Shown here one piece after another: positions 38,186 through 51,981 of a DNA stretch of 64,000 bases; the stretch's first letter is position 1; the number at the start of each line of letters is the position of its first letter. Origin of the DNA: Azolla caroliniana (Eukaryota > Plantae > Polypodiophyta); the NCBI GenBank assembly GCA_043228905.1, contig JBHGNT010000004.1:1178001-1242000 (forward strand), given 5' to 3'. Under the pieces are notes generated by a model. The model worked only from the letters and a program-made list of their open reading frames with translations. It was not told the origin of the DNA and did no database searches. The translations under genes and the position numbers were made by a program.

Positions 38186-38795
38186 CCCACTCAATCGGAC
38201 GACCGGATGTTGTACATGGAGACAGATCAGCCCCATGGACGTGCTGGGAGAGGTGGTTCGGCACGCAATGGAGGCGGTCGGCAAGAGGACCGGAGGCACA
38301 GAGGTGGTGCCGACAGCAATTCCGGACCCTCCACAAGTAGGAGGAGTCAAAGTGGCGCCGGGAACCGGCAACGAAAGGCCAACACGGGATGTTGGTATTG
38401 TGGCAAAAAGGGCCACAAGGGAAGCGAGTGCTGGAAGAAGTGCGCCGATTCGGACAAATCCGGATCCGGAAAAACCGGTCGGGAGAACCGGCAAAGCTCG
38501 CACTACGCGGAAGGATCGGAAGGATCCGAAACCGGTAAAACCAGTAAAGGGCCAGCCTTCGTGATGAAGCACAAGGCTAACTCGATGAAGAAGACTACTT
38601 CCGGAGCGTCCAACCCCATGATGAGTCATGAAGAGTCTCGTTTTTAGAGAAATCGGAACAACCGGGAATCGTCGAAACCGGAGATGACACCCCACACCCG
38701 ATTGTGCATATCGGAGAAGTTCCTTTAAGCCATGTCTAACAAAAGGGGAAGCTGATGAACATACTACACATTTCGACTATCACGTAGAACTTGGT
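38186..38795 (+). mobile_element. Fragment of a second Copia family (gag C-terminus with zinc knuckle, plus protease)
   Basis: CWYCGKKGHKGSEC knuckle, SGASNxM protease remnant, VETGDDTPHPIVHIGEVPL. It is out of domain order with respect to the upstream integrase. Confidence 0.75.
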
Positions 38796-41700
38796 CAATT
38801 GATTTTTCTAACACTTGGATTATGTTATATCAATCATTTAATTATAGATCTTTTGATTTTGATATCTTCCAACTTATAATGACATTTTAAATATCATGTA
38901 TTTTGAGATCAATGATTGATATCACATGAGTAATATGTTAGTTTTTGTTCTTGAGTCTTGACTCTCATATTGATATTTAATTTGTTATATAATCAATGTT
39001 CTATATTATATTTATCAATTGTCAATAAATCATTATCATCGATCTCGATTCAATCGCAATTGATCGCCATCAATACTTGAATTTTGATCCAAATCAATGT
39101 TTAACCTATTGTCATTGTTCATTAATCGGATGTTAGCTTGCGATGCTTAGTTGTGAAAGTGCATGTGTATTCACACATTCATTGCTTTACGACAATTATC
39201 ATGGTGCACAAAAGTGTGTTTTGCGAGCATTGACACGCATGGCATGGACGATCAAAACTACCCGCATGTAGTGCGAAATTAACTACACATTAGCACTTTA
39301 ATGGTAATAAACTAAATAATAATAATTTTAAACATGCAAAACGAAGTTTAGATATATGTATAATACATTTATTCGAAATTTACATGTGCGTTATTTAGGT
39401 GTGACACCGATGCATTGTATGCACTTATACATAGATCAATTTATGCGACTCGGGATCAGTTACAGTATGATTTAAAGAGATGGGATCATTATTTTGGGCA
39501 CAATGGAAACAACTCTATGTTCATTCTTATTCATGCATGCACGATTCTAAACGATGCATCACGCAACTAGCCCATTGTTGCCATTGACCATAGTCAATGC
39601 TCCCTAGATCTAACATGACCCCTAAATTTCCATTGATGTACCCTCAATATTCTTGTTCGAACACAAAGTATTTCGTTTTATATTTCCATGAAGCAAAGTT
39701 GTTTCTATTCCATTTTATTCTTTGTAAGAGATAGTTTCACATCTCTCTAGTTGAATAAAGGGTGGTGAAGTTGTATTAATATTTGAAACCTTAGATAAGT
39801 ATGAGAGGTTCTAGGAGAACTACCATTACATCACCATTAGGAATATTAGAACTTTGATCCTTTATGGTCCTATCACTATTAGGAATATTAGAACTTTGAT
39901 CATTTATGGTCCGGAATGACCTCCATGCCCATCAAGCCATATGTCATAAAATACGAAGAACACTCTCATAATTTAAACTATAGTGTTGTTGGGGTCTCGT
40001 TGAGTATCAAGGAAATAGACATTTAGTTTGGCAAACGAATAATATTTTCAAACTTATAATTGCAAACCCTTATAAATACATATCTCCTTGCATTAGCTAA
40101 AGTTTATACCTTTTCTAAACATCACGAAATGCAAATTAGCTCTATGTATATAAAAAAATTGGACATAGGGGTAGTTTGGTAAATTTGGAACATCCAAGGG
40201 CATCCTGGTACTTTTCCCTTAATTATAAAAGGATAAAGCTAGTCAAAACCAAACCATCTATACATTTGAACTTTGTTTCTTGAGTCCTCACTCAATTGGA
40301 ACCTCCCATTATTTATATTTGAATATTTTTGGGCATGTAGCACAAAATAATTTGGTTTTTTTTTGCGAATTGGAAACTTGACATCTCACATATAGCTTTG
40401 CTTTTGAACAACTTCCAACAATCATCACTTAACAACACAATGATAGGTCATGTTTCCTAATGCATCTTACATGCAACACAATCATGACATGATTTATTTA
40501 CCAAGAAAAGTGCATGTTCATAATTTTATTGATCGCATGTCTATTGCAAAGGCTAGTTCTTCACACCAAGACTTTCCATCTATGCTCAACTGCACGTAAG
40601 GTTGGCCACTACAACCTATGCTTTACATTATCAATTAGAATTACCACAAGATACATGTTATATTTTCACAATGCTACTAAATAGCACATTTATGGGGTTC
40701 ATTTTCTTACAATAAAGGTACATGTAAATATCTTTCATTTGATACATGTATACATGTGTGTATGGGGTAATGTGTTAACACATAAAATGATGAGTAAAAG
40801 TTTTACATACAAGAGTTTGTCTTAAATGTTGGGTAGTGCTATTTGCCCCCTGCCTCTTAAACTCTTTGTTCAAAAAGCATACGTGGACCCTTTAGTGGCT
40901 ACTGCCAATGGTGAATCACAATTGTGTACGCAAAATGCATTACATCAATAGATAGACGGTGAGCAACACTTGACACATAAAACCCAAACCCTTGCCAAAT
41001 TTGTTTTATCAAATGCACCAAAACATTTCAGAATCACTGTTTGGTAGAAGGTGCAAACAAAGTTCTCATCTAGATACTTATGACAGGTAGGATGGGCCTA
41101 TATTTTGTTTTGTAAGGTAGTCCATTCTTTATGTTTGTTCACAGCTGTCAAGAGGTAACTCTAGTAAGTAATTACATTACAAATTGCACAACACGTGCTA
41201 GTATTGGACGAGGCTCACAAAAATATCGAAATCTAAACACCTTCAGGCAAATCTTAGCACAACAAGATGCTTTAATTCAAAAGCGATCATTCTAGATGCT
41301 CTACTAACCCTTTAGGGTAATGATATGCAACTAAATAGATAACCCAAGACCCAACAATAGCAATTGACTTGACTGTGGCACATCAAATCTAGTTTGTGAT
41401 ATTATTTCCATGTCAAATTCAATCAATGTCAGACCTAGCTTGTGACATTATCTTCATGTCAAATTGAGCTCATAATAAAGTTTCTATTATTATCTACCCT
41501 TTGGTCAATGACACTATCAGGGAGAGCCACAAATGAGACATTAAAGGCCGCAACAAATGCAGAACAGGCCAAAAACATGGGCCAAGTAACACAATTCAAG
41601 TGTTTTCTAAAAATGTACTATCAAAGAGACCTTTTGATATCACCATGGAAGACTAGTGCATTTGAATGTCATGAAGATATAGATGAAGCTAAGGTTGTGT

Positions 41701-41994
41701 TAAATCTCTACTACAGAAAAGTAGAAAGATGTAAACAAGAAAACAAATGAGCCAATATGGTTGGTTGACTTCGGTATGTAATACATGTACAAAACTAGAC
41801 AGTTTTATACTAGGATCTTCATTGGATATTTAGTAAGTAGTTCAATAAATGTCAATTGTAGAAAATATATGGATAAGGGGAAAATATATATATGGTTAAG
41901 AGATTGGAAAACAAAACAAAAAGAATTTGAAAGATGGAAGAGGATTGTTGATTGAAACCTCATCTTTTATGTAAAATTTTGATGGCAATTACAC

Positions 41995-44900
41995 TCAGTG
42001 TGATGCCAATGATTTGGACATTGTTTGTTTGACAGCAGTAGCATAAGTTTTGTGTTGATATGTCAAGGTTGTATGTAGCAAGTCAGGCAAAGAAGTATGT
42101 GGTTCCCAACCTGTGCAAAGACAAGAAAAACAAATCCATCATTTTTTTAGAATCCTGTCTATTTCCAAACTCTATATTGGTCAAAGATTCCAGATGCATA
42201 TAACCCTACGGATTGAAGAAATCAGTAATTAGCACACCATTTACTTATATAAACTTCCAAATTATATGTTTGACAGAGGATTATGCACAGATCTATATAT
42301 GTGATCAAGAAATTCCTAATGTGCGAGGATTGCGCAATGACTAAATGCAATCAGCACTGAAGAACCAAATGCAAAAATAGAAACTCAGAAATACTTGAAG
42401 GACCACAAAAGAAGACACTAAAGTTCACTGCATGCTCACTGACCTAATTGTTCCTTGATTATTGTCATATCTGGAATCCTTTTGTCACTGTCATCATAAC
42501 CCTCTCCATAGAACTCCTTTGAGCTTACATCAATGGTGGGTACCTTTATCATGGGCCGTTCACTCACTTTGCAATATATCTATAGGTACACATGATTGAT
42601 GACACGTCAGTGTCTCAAAATCAAGATAATATTACATAAATTACATCAAAGTACAACTAAGACTTGTTAAGTCTTTTACCAGAATACCCCCATAAGTTTC
42701 AAAACATTTGCCAGAAGGTAAATTTACTACGTTTTGGGTAACTTTTGAAGTGTTCGGTGTATTCTGGTCAATTTATAGTAAATTGAGGGTTATTTCAGTG
42801 ATTTTCCAAAACATACAATACCTCCAACATTAATTCAGCAAGTTCTCTGACTGTTACTTCATTATTAGGATTGCCAACATTGAAAATGTGCCCATTGGCC
42901 CTATTAGGGTTTTCCTGGATCAGAAAAGCCGCATTGAGATTCTGCAGAGATAGTTATTGCTTGTTTATATAGAAAGCAAACAATAAAAGACTTACAATCA
43001 TAAGACACACTGCCTCAATAGCATCCTTGATATAGATAAATGTACGTTGCGATACACCACCATCTACAAGCTTGAGTGGTTCACCTCTCAGCAAATTCTA
43101 TATAGCAGGATAAGTAAATTTGTCACCATGTAACAAAGAATTGTTCAAAATCTATGTTCATTGTGAAAGGCACACATTACATAAAAGGTCCAGGTAATAT
43201 ACTGTTGAAATGGTCTCTTCACTTCAAACCAAAACGTTTTCATTTGATGCCATATTAGAAAAGTTATGTTGGCTACATAAATAGATTATCTTGATCAAAA
43301 TGTATTGAATTTACTCTATCTACTGCTAGATATAATGGTACAAGAGCTCTCCATTGGTTATTAAATCAGAGAATTTCTAGCTAAAGGTACTGAGCTTCGT
43401 TTATATATGCACTCTTCCATATAGAACATTACGTATTCTTCATACATGAACAAAGCAAAAATAAAATGATAAACATAAACTCACATTACTGAAGCATGCC
43501 AATACTCTAGGCACTCCTTCACTAGGACCATCAACTCCAGGGATGAAATCCATTCTTGGGCCAATCCAGTTGAATGGTCTCACAATTGTGAAGTCTAAAC
43601 CATTTTCGGCACCTTCAGCTGAAAAGATGATCAAATGCAACTTAGCATTTTGAAATGGGGGGAGAAATTTCAGAACCATAAGCATTCTCTTATTATCCAT
43701 GGTTCTAAGAGTAACCACATTAGAAGTAGAAGTAGAAGTAATATTTTAAAATTATTTGAGATGAAATATAGCCAACTGCATTTTTATAATTCCAAGGGGT
43801 GGCATGTGCATGGCCTCTTTCAAAGGAGTATTTTTAACACCACCCCAAAAAAATATAACCAAATGTAGTTATTTGTTATGGATGATTCTGCAGCTAACCA
43901 TAAATAAGTCTCTCAATGAGCTGTTTTGCACAGGCATACGACCATCTTTGCTTCTCGATGGGACCAAAAATGCAAGGTGATGTATCTTCCTTCAACACAT
44001 AAAATTCTGGGTCCTGCACAAATCATTAGAAACTTCTATAAGTGCGGATAACTTCCCTTTTCTATGAAGCCTGCAAGAAGACATGACAACCACATAGCTG
44101 ATCGATAGAGATAATAAACCATCATGTGAGATGTGTCTTACTCAGTGGGAACTATAGGTATGACTAAGAGGACAATAACCTAATGAAATGGTAACAGTAT
44201 TTTAAAATAAACCATTGCAAGGCCATATTAAACATAAAGAAACAAATACAAGCATAGGTTACAGCTAGATCAATCAATACAACAATTTCAATTGTATGTA
44301 CTAACTCTAAAATGAACAGCAATTTAATAGTGTCAGCCATAATGAACACATATGGCAGTCCCGAAGACAACCAATGTTAATTCATGATGCATATGCACAA
44401 CACTTTAAAATGACAAAATATACATACAATATATACTTTCAGATATCATCATATGTCTTTAATGTTAATTCATGATGACTATGTACTACACTTTAAAATG
44501 ACGGCATATGTACCATGTACTGTCAGATATGATAAAAATGTACAACATTGATCAGAGACAGAAAATTTACAACAATATGCAACAAACTAATATGCAGACC
44601 TCTCGAAGCGGGTGATCTTTGGGAAGAAAGCTTCCAATGGTCTTGCCATAGACTTCGCAAGTAGAGAAATGAATCAAACGCTTCCCATTATCAGAGCAGT
44701 ATCGAACCTAGACATATATAAAATGCATACAAAACATAGAGTTAGGATTGACTAAAGCTTAAGTTTACTAATATGAAATCCACAAAAATAAACCAAATAT
44801 TGAGGGCGAAACTCTGAAATACCCTCAAATGTTTCCTGATTTCCCCAAATGCAATTGAGTTTTTGTTGTTTCCTCAAACACCCTCAGTAAACCCAGATTG

Positions 44901-46780
44901 ATCAAATAGCACACGTAATCGAGAAGAATGAACATGAATTGACCATATAAATGCTCTTTCGAGGTTAACTGAGAGCATTTGAGAAATACCAAGAACTCCT
45001 AGACATTATGGCAAATAAGAAAAACTCGAGGATGTAACAGAGTTTTGCAATCTGTATAACACACAATACCACTGGAAGGGCATCCGTAAAATTGCTATAA
45101 ATTGTGTCTAGAGGCCGTGTGTTGTAATCTGCAGGCGTGCATATGGCAGCTAGATTAATCACCTTTCAAGCACAAGAAACAAAAAGAGTTAGAAAATTTA
45201 GTGACCACGTGGAGGAGAGATATAATAACATACCTGCCATAGAATAGAATAGACATTATCATGATGAGGACAATTATGAAGAAAACGAACAAGAGATTAC
45301 AACTAAAAGTTGCTCTCATCTAAGAGGACGTCGGCTGAGTGAAATGAGATATTTGAAGTACATTAAAACAAACTAGATTAATTCACATTTCAATCAACAA
45401 CAAAATAGCAATATGTGGGCAGACTATGAGTCTGAGTGACAACATATTCTCGTTTGCTTGTTAATATAATTCATGACTGTATTTGAAGACAAAATAATGA
45501 ATGCATGCCTACGTTAATCACATTGAGAGTGCAACAAAAATGACAGAAAATTGAGTGCAGACAGTGAGGACCTGAATCTCAACATATAATGTTTAGCTTG
45601 TGAATTCAAGTCATGAACTTAACATTTTTATGAAATGAAGAAACAGCACTGAAGCTGTTCACAAAATCTATAGCGATCTTGAATGAGTAATAAATATATG
45701 AATTTCTCTGTTAGTTGAAATCGTTAAGCAACAATAGAACAATACACAAAGATAAGAATGTTCTGCATTAAACAAATGGTTAGAGCAAGAAAGTGAACTT
45801 ATAAAAATAAGATCCCGGCATAGAATGTACAATGCAGGAAGAGTTTATTGTATGTTTGATCCTGTATGTAGACAACATAAAACAGACAAACACAGAGCAA
45901 AATCCGTACAAGAAGCCATGGGATATCCAATCATATACAGAAAGGTGCACTTTCTCTGATAGTTAATCTAAGAATTGAGTAATATTGCGTAAGATCAGAG
46001 CTTAGAATACTCAAAATGCAGTCTGGATTTTAGGGAGATAAAGAAACAAGAGAATTTTGAGAATAAATGTATGGTAAGACAATAGTAATTCAGTACAAAA
46101 TTTGTACAAGGAAGATGTAGGGATTATGCGCACATACATAAAAATAAACATTTTTCACCTTTGAAAAGAAAATGAGCAAAATATTTGAGCTTATAAAAGA
46201 ATATCCGAGCTTAGATTGCACAATGTAGTATTTACCAGGACAGAAAGTACACGAAACACGATTACATTAAATACATGCACAGGCGGTGTATGTAATGCAT
46301 CAAAGATTATAAATAAATAAACTACATAAAAGAAGTGCAAAGACTGTACAAAAATGGCATGGAGATATCCAAAATGCATAAAGAGAAGCATTTACTCAGA
46401 CAGTTAATTTAATGTCAAGAAGTTGAGCTCGATGATAGAATATCAGAGCTAACTAATGCATAGAATAGTAGGAATTTCGATTTTCTTCTGTGCTTCTTTA
46501 CCAGATTAGAGATCTTGATGAGTCCTTCAAGCCGAGAATCATTCTTGATATTGAGCCTATGGAATTCGATGCGAGAACTCCATGGTTGACCAGGTTCAAG
46601 AAGGTGTTGAATCTTGTCACTGTAGACATCGATGGCGAGCACAGTATGCTCAGTCTCCCACAATAATTTCTCGCAGAGATGAGACCCGATGAATCCTCCT
46701 GCTCCAATCATACAGATCGTCAGAGGTTGAATGGGAGATCCATCAAGATCGATCCTTTGTGGGGCAGCAGAAGAAGACAT
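41995..46780 (-). CDS. AXS: UDP-D-apiose/UDP-D-xylose synthase; 9 exons
   Basis: RIDLDG..IQPLTICMIGAGGFIGSHLCEKL, INLAAICTPADYNTRPL, STCEVYGKT, QRWSYACAKQL, VRPFNWIGPRMDFIPG, GEGYDDSDKRIPDM. Exons: 46780-46502, 45162-45070, 44707-44600, 44013-43899, 43618-43485, 43097-42996, 42914-42822, 42579-42444, 42110-41995, all with GT-AG introns. Confidence 0.96.
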
Positions 46781-47545
46781 GGCTAGATTTAATTTTTTTG
46801 AAAAAGAAAAGAAGGAAACAGAAGTAGGAGAAAGAGGAAAAGAAAAGCACAGAAGAAGAAAGATGGCAAAATGCAGGAGCAAATAACAAACAGAAGAAGA
46901 GAAAGAATTAAGTTGTCTGCGATTACAGCAGCTCGACGGTGTAAAGAAGACGATGATGGCAATGATAACAAGAATGAAGATGGGGATAACAAACGAAAAG
47001 GTTGTTGCGAGGTTCTCTAAGCAAAAGCTTTCTCTGCCTGTTTTGCGAAAGCTCGGGTGTGTAAACAAAAAAAAAGGAGGTGAAGAGAGGCGGATGGCTT
47101 TTGAGAGGTTTTCTGAGCTTTGAATGGCCTGAGCGTGAGGAGCTCGGCTGTAGCAGAGATATGAAGATGAAGAGAGAGAGTTCCCTTTGTTTCTTCGTTC
47201 ACAGAAGCTCGACAGTGCAGATGGAGAAGGAAGATGAGGCTGGAGGAGAAGATGGATATGGAGCGATGGAGCGATGGAGCTTCCTTCGACTGGTCGGGCC
47301 GTTCGCAGGAGCTGCTGTCTGCAGAAGAAGAAAGAAGAAAGAAGAACGAAGAACGAAGAACGAAGAAGAAGAAGAAGAAGAAAGAGCAAGAACGAAAGAA
47401 TGGAGAACTGCAGGCACACAGACAGTGGACGGGATGAGTGTGCAGACTGTCACCGGCTTACCGCCTATCGCCCGTAGCCTCGGTTGCTTTGGCTTCGGGG
47501 GGGGCTCCTAGCCACCTGCCGAGCCTGAAGAAAAGAGGTCCATCG

Positions 47546-47785
47546 ATCCACTTGGCACATTTCTATTGGCCACCTGGCCTAAGCTCCATCCACTTGGCAC
47601 ATTTCTATTGGCCACCTGGCCTAAGTTCCATCCACTTGGCACATTTCTATTGGCTACCTGGCCTAGCTCCATCCACTTGGCACATTTCTATTAGTTGTCC
47701 TAGCCTAAGGTCCATCCACTTGGCACATTTCTATTGGCTATTCTAGCCTAATCCCTACCCACGTGGCACATTTCTATTGGCTACC
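47546..47785. repeat. Tandem array of six ~42-bp units (atccacttggcacatttctattggccacctggcctaagctcc) upstream of AXS
   Basis: Unit starts at 47546, 47588, 47630, 47671, 47714 and 47757. Confidence 0.92.
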
Positions 47786-47823
47786 ACCCTAATATTAAAT
47801 AAATAAATAGATTGGCTACGGTG

Positions 47824-47884
47824 CAGATCCGTTCGGAATCGTGTCCAGATCCGTTCGGAATCGCGTCCAGATCCGTTCGGAATT
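47824..47884. repeat. Three tandem ~21-bp units (cagatccgttcggaatcgYgtc)
   Basis: Directly visible in the sequence. Confidence 0.85.
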
Positions 47885-47934
47885 TGCGGCCCATCGGAGC
47901 ATTGTTCAATAAAAGTGCATGAAATCGGAACCTT

Positions 47935-50373
47935 GCTATTTTCTAACCCGAATTTGTCCCCTTGCCTCCTCTGCTCGTGCCTAACTCGGCTTTCTCCTGC
48001 CAAACCTCTCAACTTACCTCCGCTTGTGATCAAAAACCTTTGTTATCTGGTATGTATTTTCTTTTTCCCTTCAACAGAATATATTGCATGCAAGAGTTTG
48101 TAGTTCACTTCTATTCAATTTGCAAACTTTGGATGTTTGAGGTTTAGGGTTTAGTTTTTCATGGCACGTAGAGAAAGGAAAGGAACATTTCTTAATTCTA
48201 ATTTTTTATTAAGCCTGCATGAACATTTCATATAACCAAGTGATTGGAATATATCGTTGCATGTAAAATATTGAGAGAAAATTGCCACAGAAACATCCGG
48301 TACACAAATAGGTCATGGCAGAATGGGATCCGGATGCCAAACATATTCCGGATTGTTAGGCAGTGTAGATTTCATAGATGGCTCGCAAGTCAAAAAAACG
48401 AGAGATTCAAGGATTTGGGGATATAAATATATGTTTATAAAAATTGTTTTTGTTGTACATATTAACATAGCATACAATTCATTGAATTCCTATATTCATT
48501 GCATCATGCATGTAATCCAATGTTCTCCAATTGCCCAATTTTTGGTACACATAAGAGTCGTTGTAATGTAATCGATTGTTTTTTGCATTGCTTGTATAGA
48601 TGGTTGGCAAGTCGTCAAAGTTCCTCGAGAGGAATTCAACTTTGTGGTGAAAGAAGTGTTGAAGCAATGTATTTTGAACCAGCCTTTTTGTAATTATTCA
48701 CACAATTATTTTTCATTTTTCAACACTATATTTCAAACTAGACTTCTAATGCATGCATCCAAACTTATTCTCTTCTAAGTAGTAGTAGGGTTTATCTAAG
48801 AAGGGGGTTCAAAAGCAAGATGTCGATTCCAAGTGGACCAAAGATAAAAATGATGAGGAGCAGTTGTTAGAAGGGGAAGATTACTTTGCCTCCATTTTCA
48901 ACATTTACGAAATGGAGATGTCAATCTAATGTTATTTCAATACAAAGTTGAAATGTGACAAAGCTCATCGATTGTTTCAAATATTGATAATAAGTAAGCA
49001 ATTCATCCACACAATGCAATCCCTGAAGCACTTTGAATCATGACGGATAATGAATTTGTACAATAGTTATCTACATCAGTGATGACAATCTATGATTAAA
49101 CAAAAGAGAAGCATACAGAGAAGATCCAATCAAAGATTGCAAACGGATATGAATCTTGCATAAGTATTGTGCATCTTACCACTTCCTCCATTCTATCAAA
49201 ACCTACATAATGTCAGAGTATGTAATTGCAATGTATGGCTCACCAGTTACAATGTGTTGAAGATAATGGGGACATCTCATGGGGGAGTCAAAAGAAGAAA
49301 CAATCATTAGTTGACCCAAGTTCCGAAAGAGCAAAATTTTCAGCTAGATGGAAAAAGGTGGATCCTAGCCAATGTGTGATGATCTAGTCTAATAATATAG
49401 ATGATGAACTCGATGACTTAGGAAGTGTTCAAATTGCCCGTGGGAAAGCCACAAGATCACCTAATATGAAAAGTGGACAAAGCTTCACGTGTATGGCTTG
49501 TTTTAAGGTAATTCCGGATATCTTATTTAATTGAAGGAAAAGTTCATTTGGGTTTTTTTTATCTACAAAACAAGTTCCAACTTGCATGTAGAAGGTTGAA
49601 TTTGTCTTTGCTATGTTTGTCACTCATAATCGACGACATTATGTTTGCAAGTACATGGAAAATGAACCTCTTCTACATGTGGTTGGATATATATTGTTGT
49701 AAATGCTAGATTGTTTATATTGTTGTATGTTTGTATTTTGGGCTACCTACATCTAAACAAACCCAAAATCCTAACTCAATGTCTTGCATCTAACCTAACC
49801 CACCTTTCTCTAACTTGGTTATCTGCATCTAACCCGACCTAATTTTCTAACTTGACCGCCTAAATCTAACCCGACTACATGCATCTAACCTAGAACACAT
49901 CAAAAGACCAAATGTTTCAAAGATCGCACATATTTAAGTGTAGAGTAGTATTTGACAATCTTGGAACATTTGCACACCCTATATTGTCGTTTGTAGGTGG
50001 TTCAACTCATAAACAAAGGGATATTTGGTTCATAATTTGAATTTGAGGAAACTTTATCAAAATGAAGCATTGGAGAGTTACCTAGATCTCTTGATGTTTT
50101 GTTTTGTTAGTGTTTTTTGCCTTCAATTAAGGTACATATGAACTCATGGTTAAAGTTTTTTATTATGAGTGCTCAAGGTCACGGTTGATACTTAAAAAGA
50201 TGTCACAAATGGATTACCAATCAAATTCAACCCATGGATGCAAATGAAGAGTCAACTCATGCTAAATATATTGGGCTTAGAAAATAATGCGACTGGATTA
50301 CAAATGATAGAGGTATGAAAAAAATCGGGTTAGGCACGACAAAGGTACGGACAAAGTTGGGTTAGAAATTCTC
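47935..50373. mobile_element. Possible decayed TIR DNA transposon (Mutator-like)
   Basis: Left end tttctaacccgaatttgtcc..tcgtgcctaactcg and right end cgggttaggcacga..ggacaaagttgggttagaaa form ~50-bp imperfect inverted repeats. Internal tctaacc motif cluster at 49790-49890. No TSD or intact transposase seen. Confidence 0.45.
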
Positions 50374-51551
50374 CTGCTTTTATTGGATAAGGCTCTTACA
50401 ATGTAAATTTTGCATGATTTGTGATGCCATCCATGCATCGTTCGTTGCCATGATTCCCTCATCCCCAATTTGATATTCGGTAGAAAATAGACACAAGCAT
50501 CGACTTGGCTTCAAAACCTTCACATTGAATGTTGTAAACAAAGGGAACCTTATGCAAAAAGGAGTAAAATTGTTAATACATACATACGTGTGTAGTGTAC
50601 ATGTTACGTAGCTTTCTTGCTTTGCTCTCCATTGTCCATTATCTCTATGTATGAATTCATTTAAGTGTCAATGTAACAAACAAGACATAAACTCAAGACA
50701 AATGTTGAATACTCGAGGATGAATTTCAACCCCATATCAAAGACAAACTAATTGCCAACAAGTGAGTCCTTTTAATCAAATCGAGCACTTTGCCCCAACC
50801 CAAGGTGGTCAGATCGACAAATGTTTAAATGTTCAAAGGGAGGTGAATATAATAGGTGCCCCCCCCCCCCCCCCCCCCCAACACATACTCACTTAAGAAG
50901 AAGAGGTTGAAGGAAAGGTGGTCCAATAGCCAAGAAGCAAAAACCCTAAAGCTAAAAAAAATACGATCTCCAAAAAAGACCAAACCCTAAAATAAGCTCT
51001 ACTCTTCTCTTTTAAGTTTTTACTGACAAAAGGCACCACCAACCACATTTAATGCTCACCTATATCATTTACTTAAAATATATATAAAAGGGTAGCCCTT
51101 TCAAGGCCAAACAAAGACTTGAACTTTACATGTCTTTCATAGACATTTACATTGACATGGCTATCCCTATTTCTACCCTTAGACCCACCACCTCACAACA
51201 ATGCAAGACAGGGTCAACCTCGAGGGTGTAATTACCGCAATTAAATACAACCATTAGAGACCCCGACGCACTAGTATTACTCTCGATGGCATGTAGTGAT
51301 GTAAATTGTAATATACAAGATTGACCGTCGTGATCGGTGGTCGACAATCGGGTGAATTCAGTTGGTTGTCCATATGCTCGAAAGAAATAGGGTCTTTCTC
51401 TTGGTTTTCTTAACATGGTTCATGATGAGAGTTCTGGACGGGGTAGAGTTCCTTTGGGGATGGAGTGTTGGTTTTTTGCTCGGGCTCGACGTGAATGAAT
51501 TGCTTCAAGATGACCCGAGCGGACGAGCGCTCGTTCGAAGGATGCGGGATG

Positions 51552-51812
51552 TAGGAATTGGCAACGGTTCGATTTAGGCTTAACTAGTTTGGTTTGGACA
51601 AGGCCAAACCGGATAAGCCTAAACCGGTTTAGGAGCAAGTTTAGTCAAGCCAAATTTAAGCCTTAACCGATTTGGTTTCGGCTCAGTTTGGCTTGAGCCA
51701 TCCCCAACCGGACTCAAACCGGTTATCGAGGCTCAAGCTTAAACCGAACCGAACCGTTTAAAACGGTTTAACGGTTTGGTTTAGGCTTGAGCCGAGTCAT
51801 TGCCGATTCGCA
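51552..51812. mobile_element. hAT-family MITE (~260 bp)
   Basis: TIRs TAGGAATTGGCAA / TTGCCGATTCGCA (10/13 match), 8-bp TSD GCGGGATG / ACGGGATG (7/8), and dense AACCG/CGGTT subterminal motifs. Confidence 0.8.
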
Positions 51813-51934
51813 ACGGGATGGGCCTTTTATTTATGTACACGAGCCCCGACCTGACGGCCTGTATTGGGCGGCCGGACATTTGCACCCACCTTCCTCTCTT
51901 GTTGGCCATCATGGTCATGGGCCATGGCCATGCC

Positions 51935-51981
<47 letters not shown>

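Noticed and set aside
46781-47419. Apparent 213-aa N-terminal extension of AXS in the ORF track
   Set aside because: It is low-complexity F/S/L sequence from a CT-rich leader; homology starts at MSSSAAPQRIDLDG (46780).
47546-47785. Possible CRISPR-like array
   Set aside because: Units are contiguous near-identical tandem copies without unique spacers; the context is eukaryotic and no cas genes are present.
50859-50879. Poly-C run (and poly-G near 7535-7552)
   Set aside because: Simple homopolymers of unreliable length with no supporting context.
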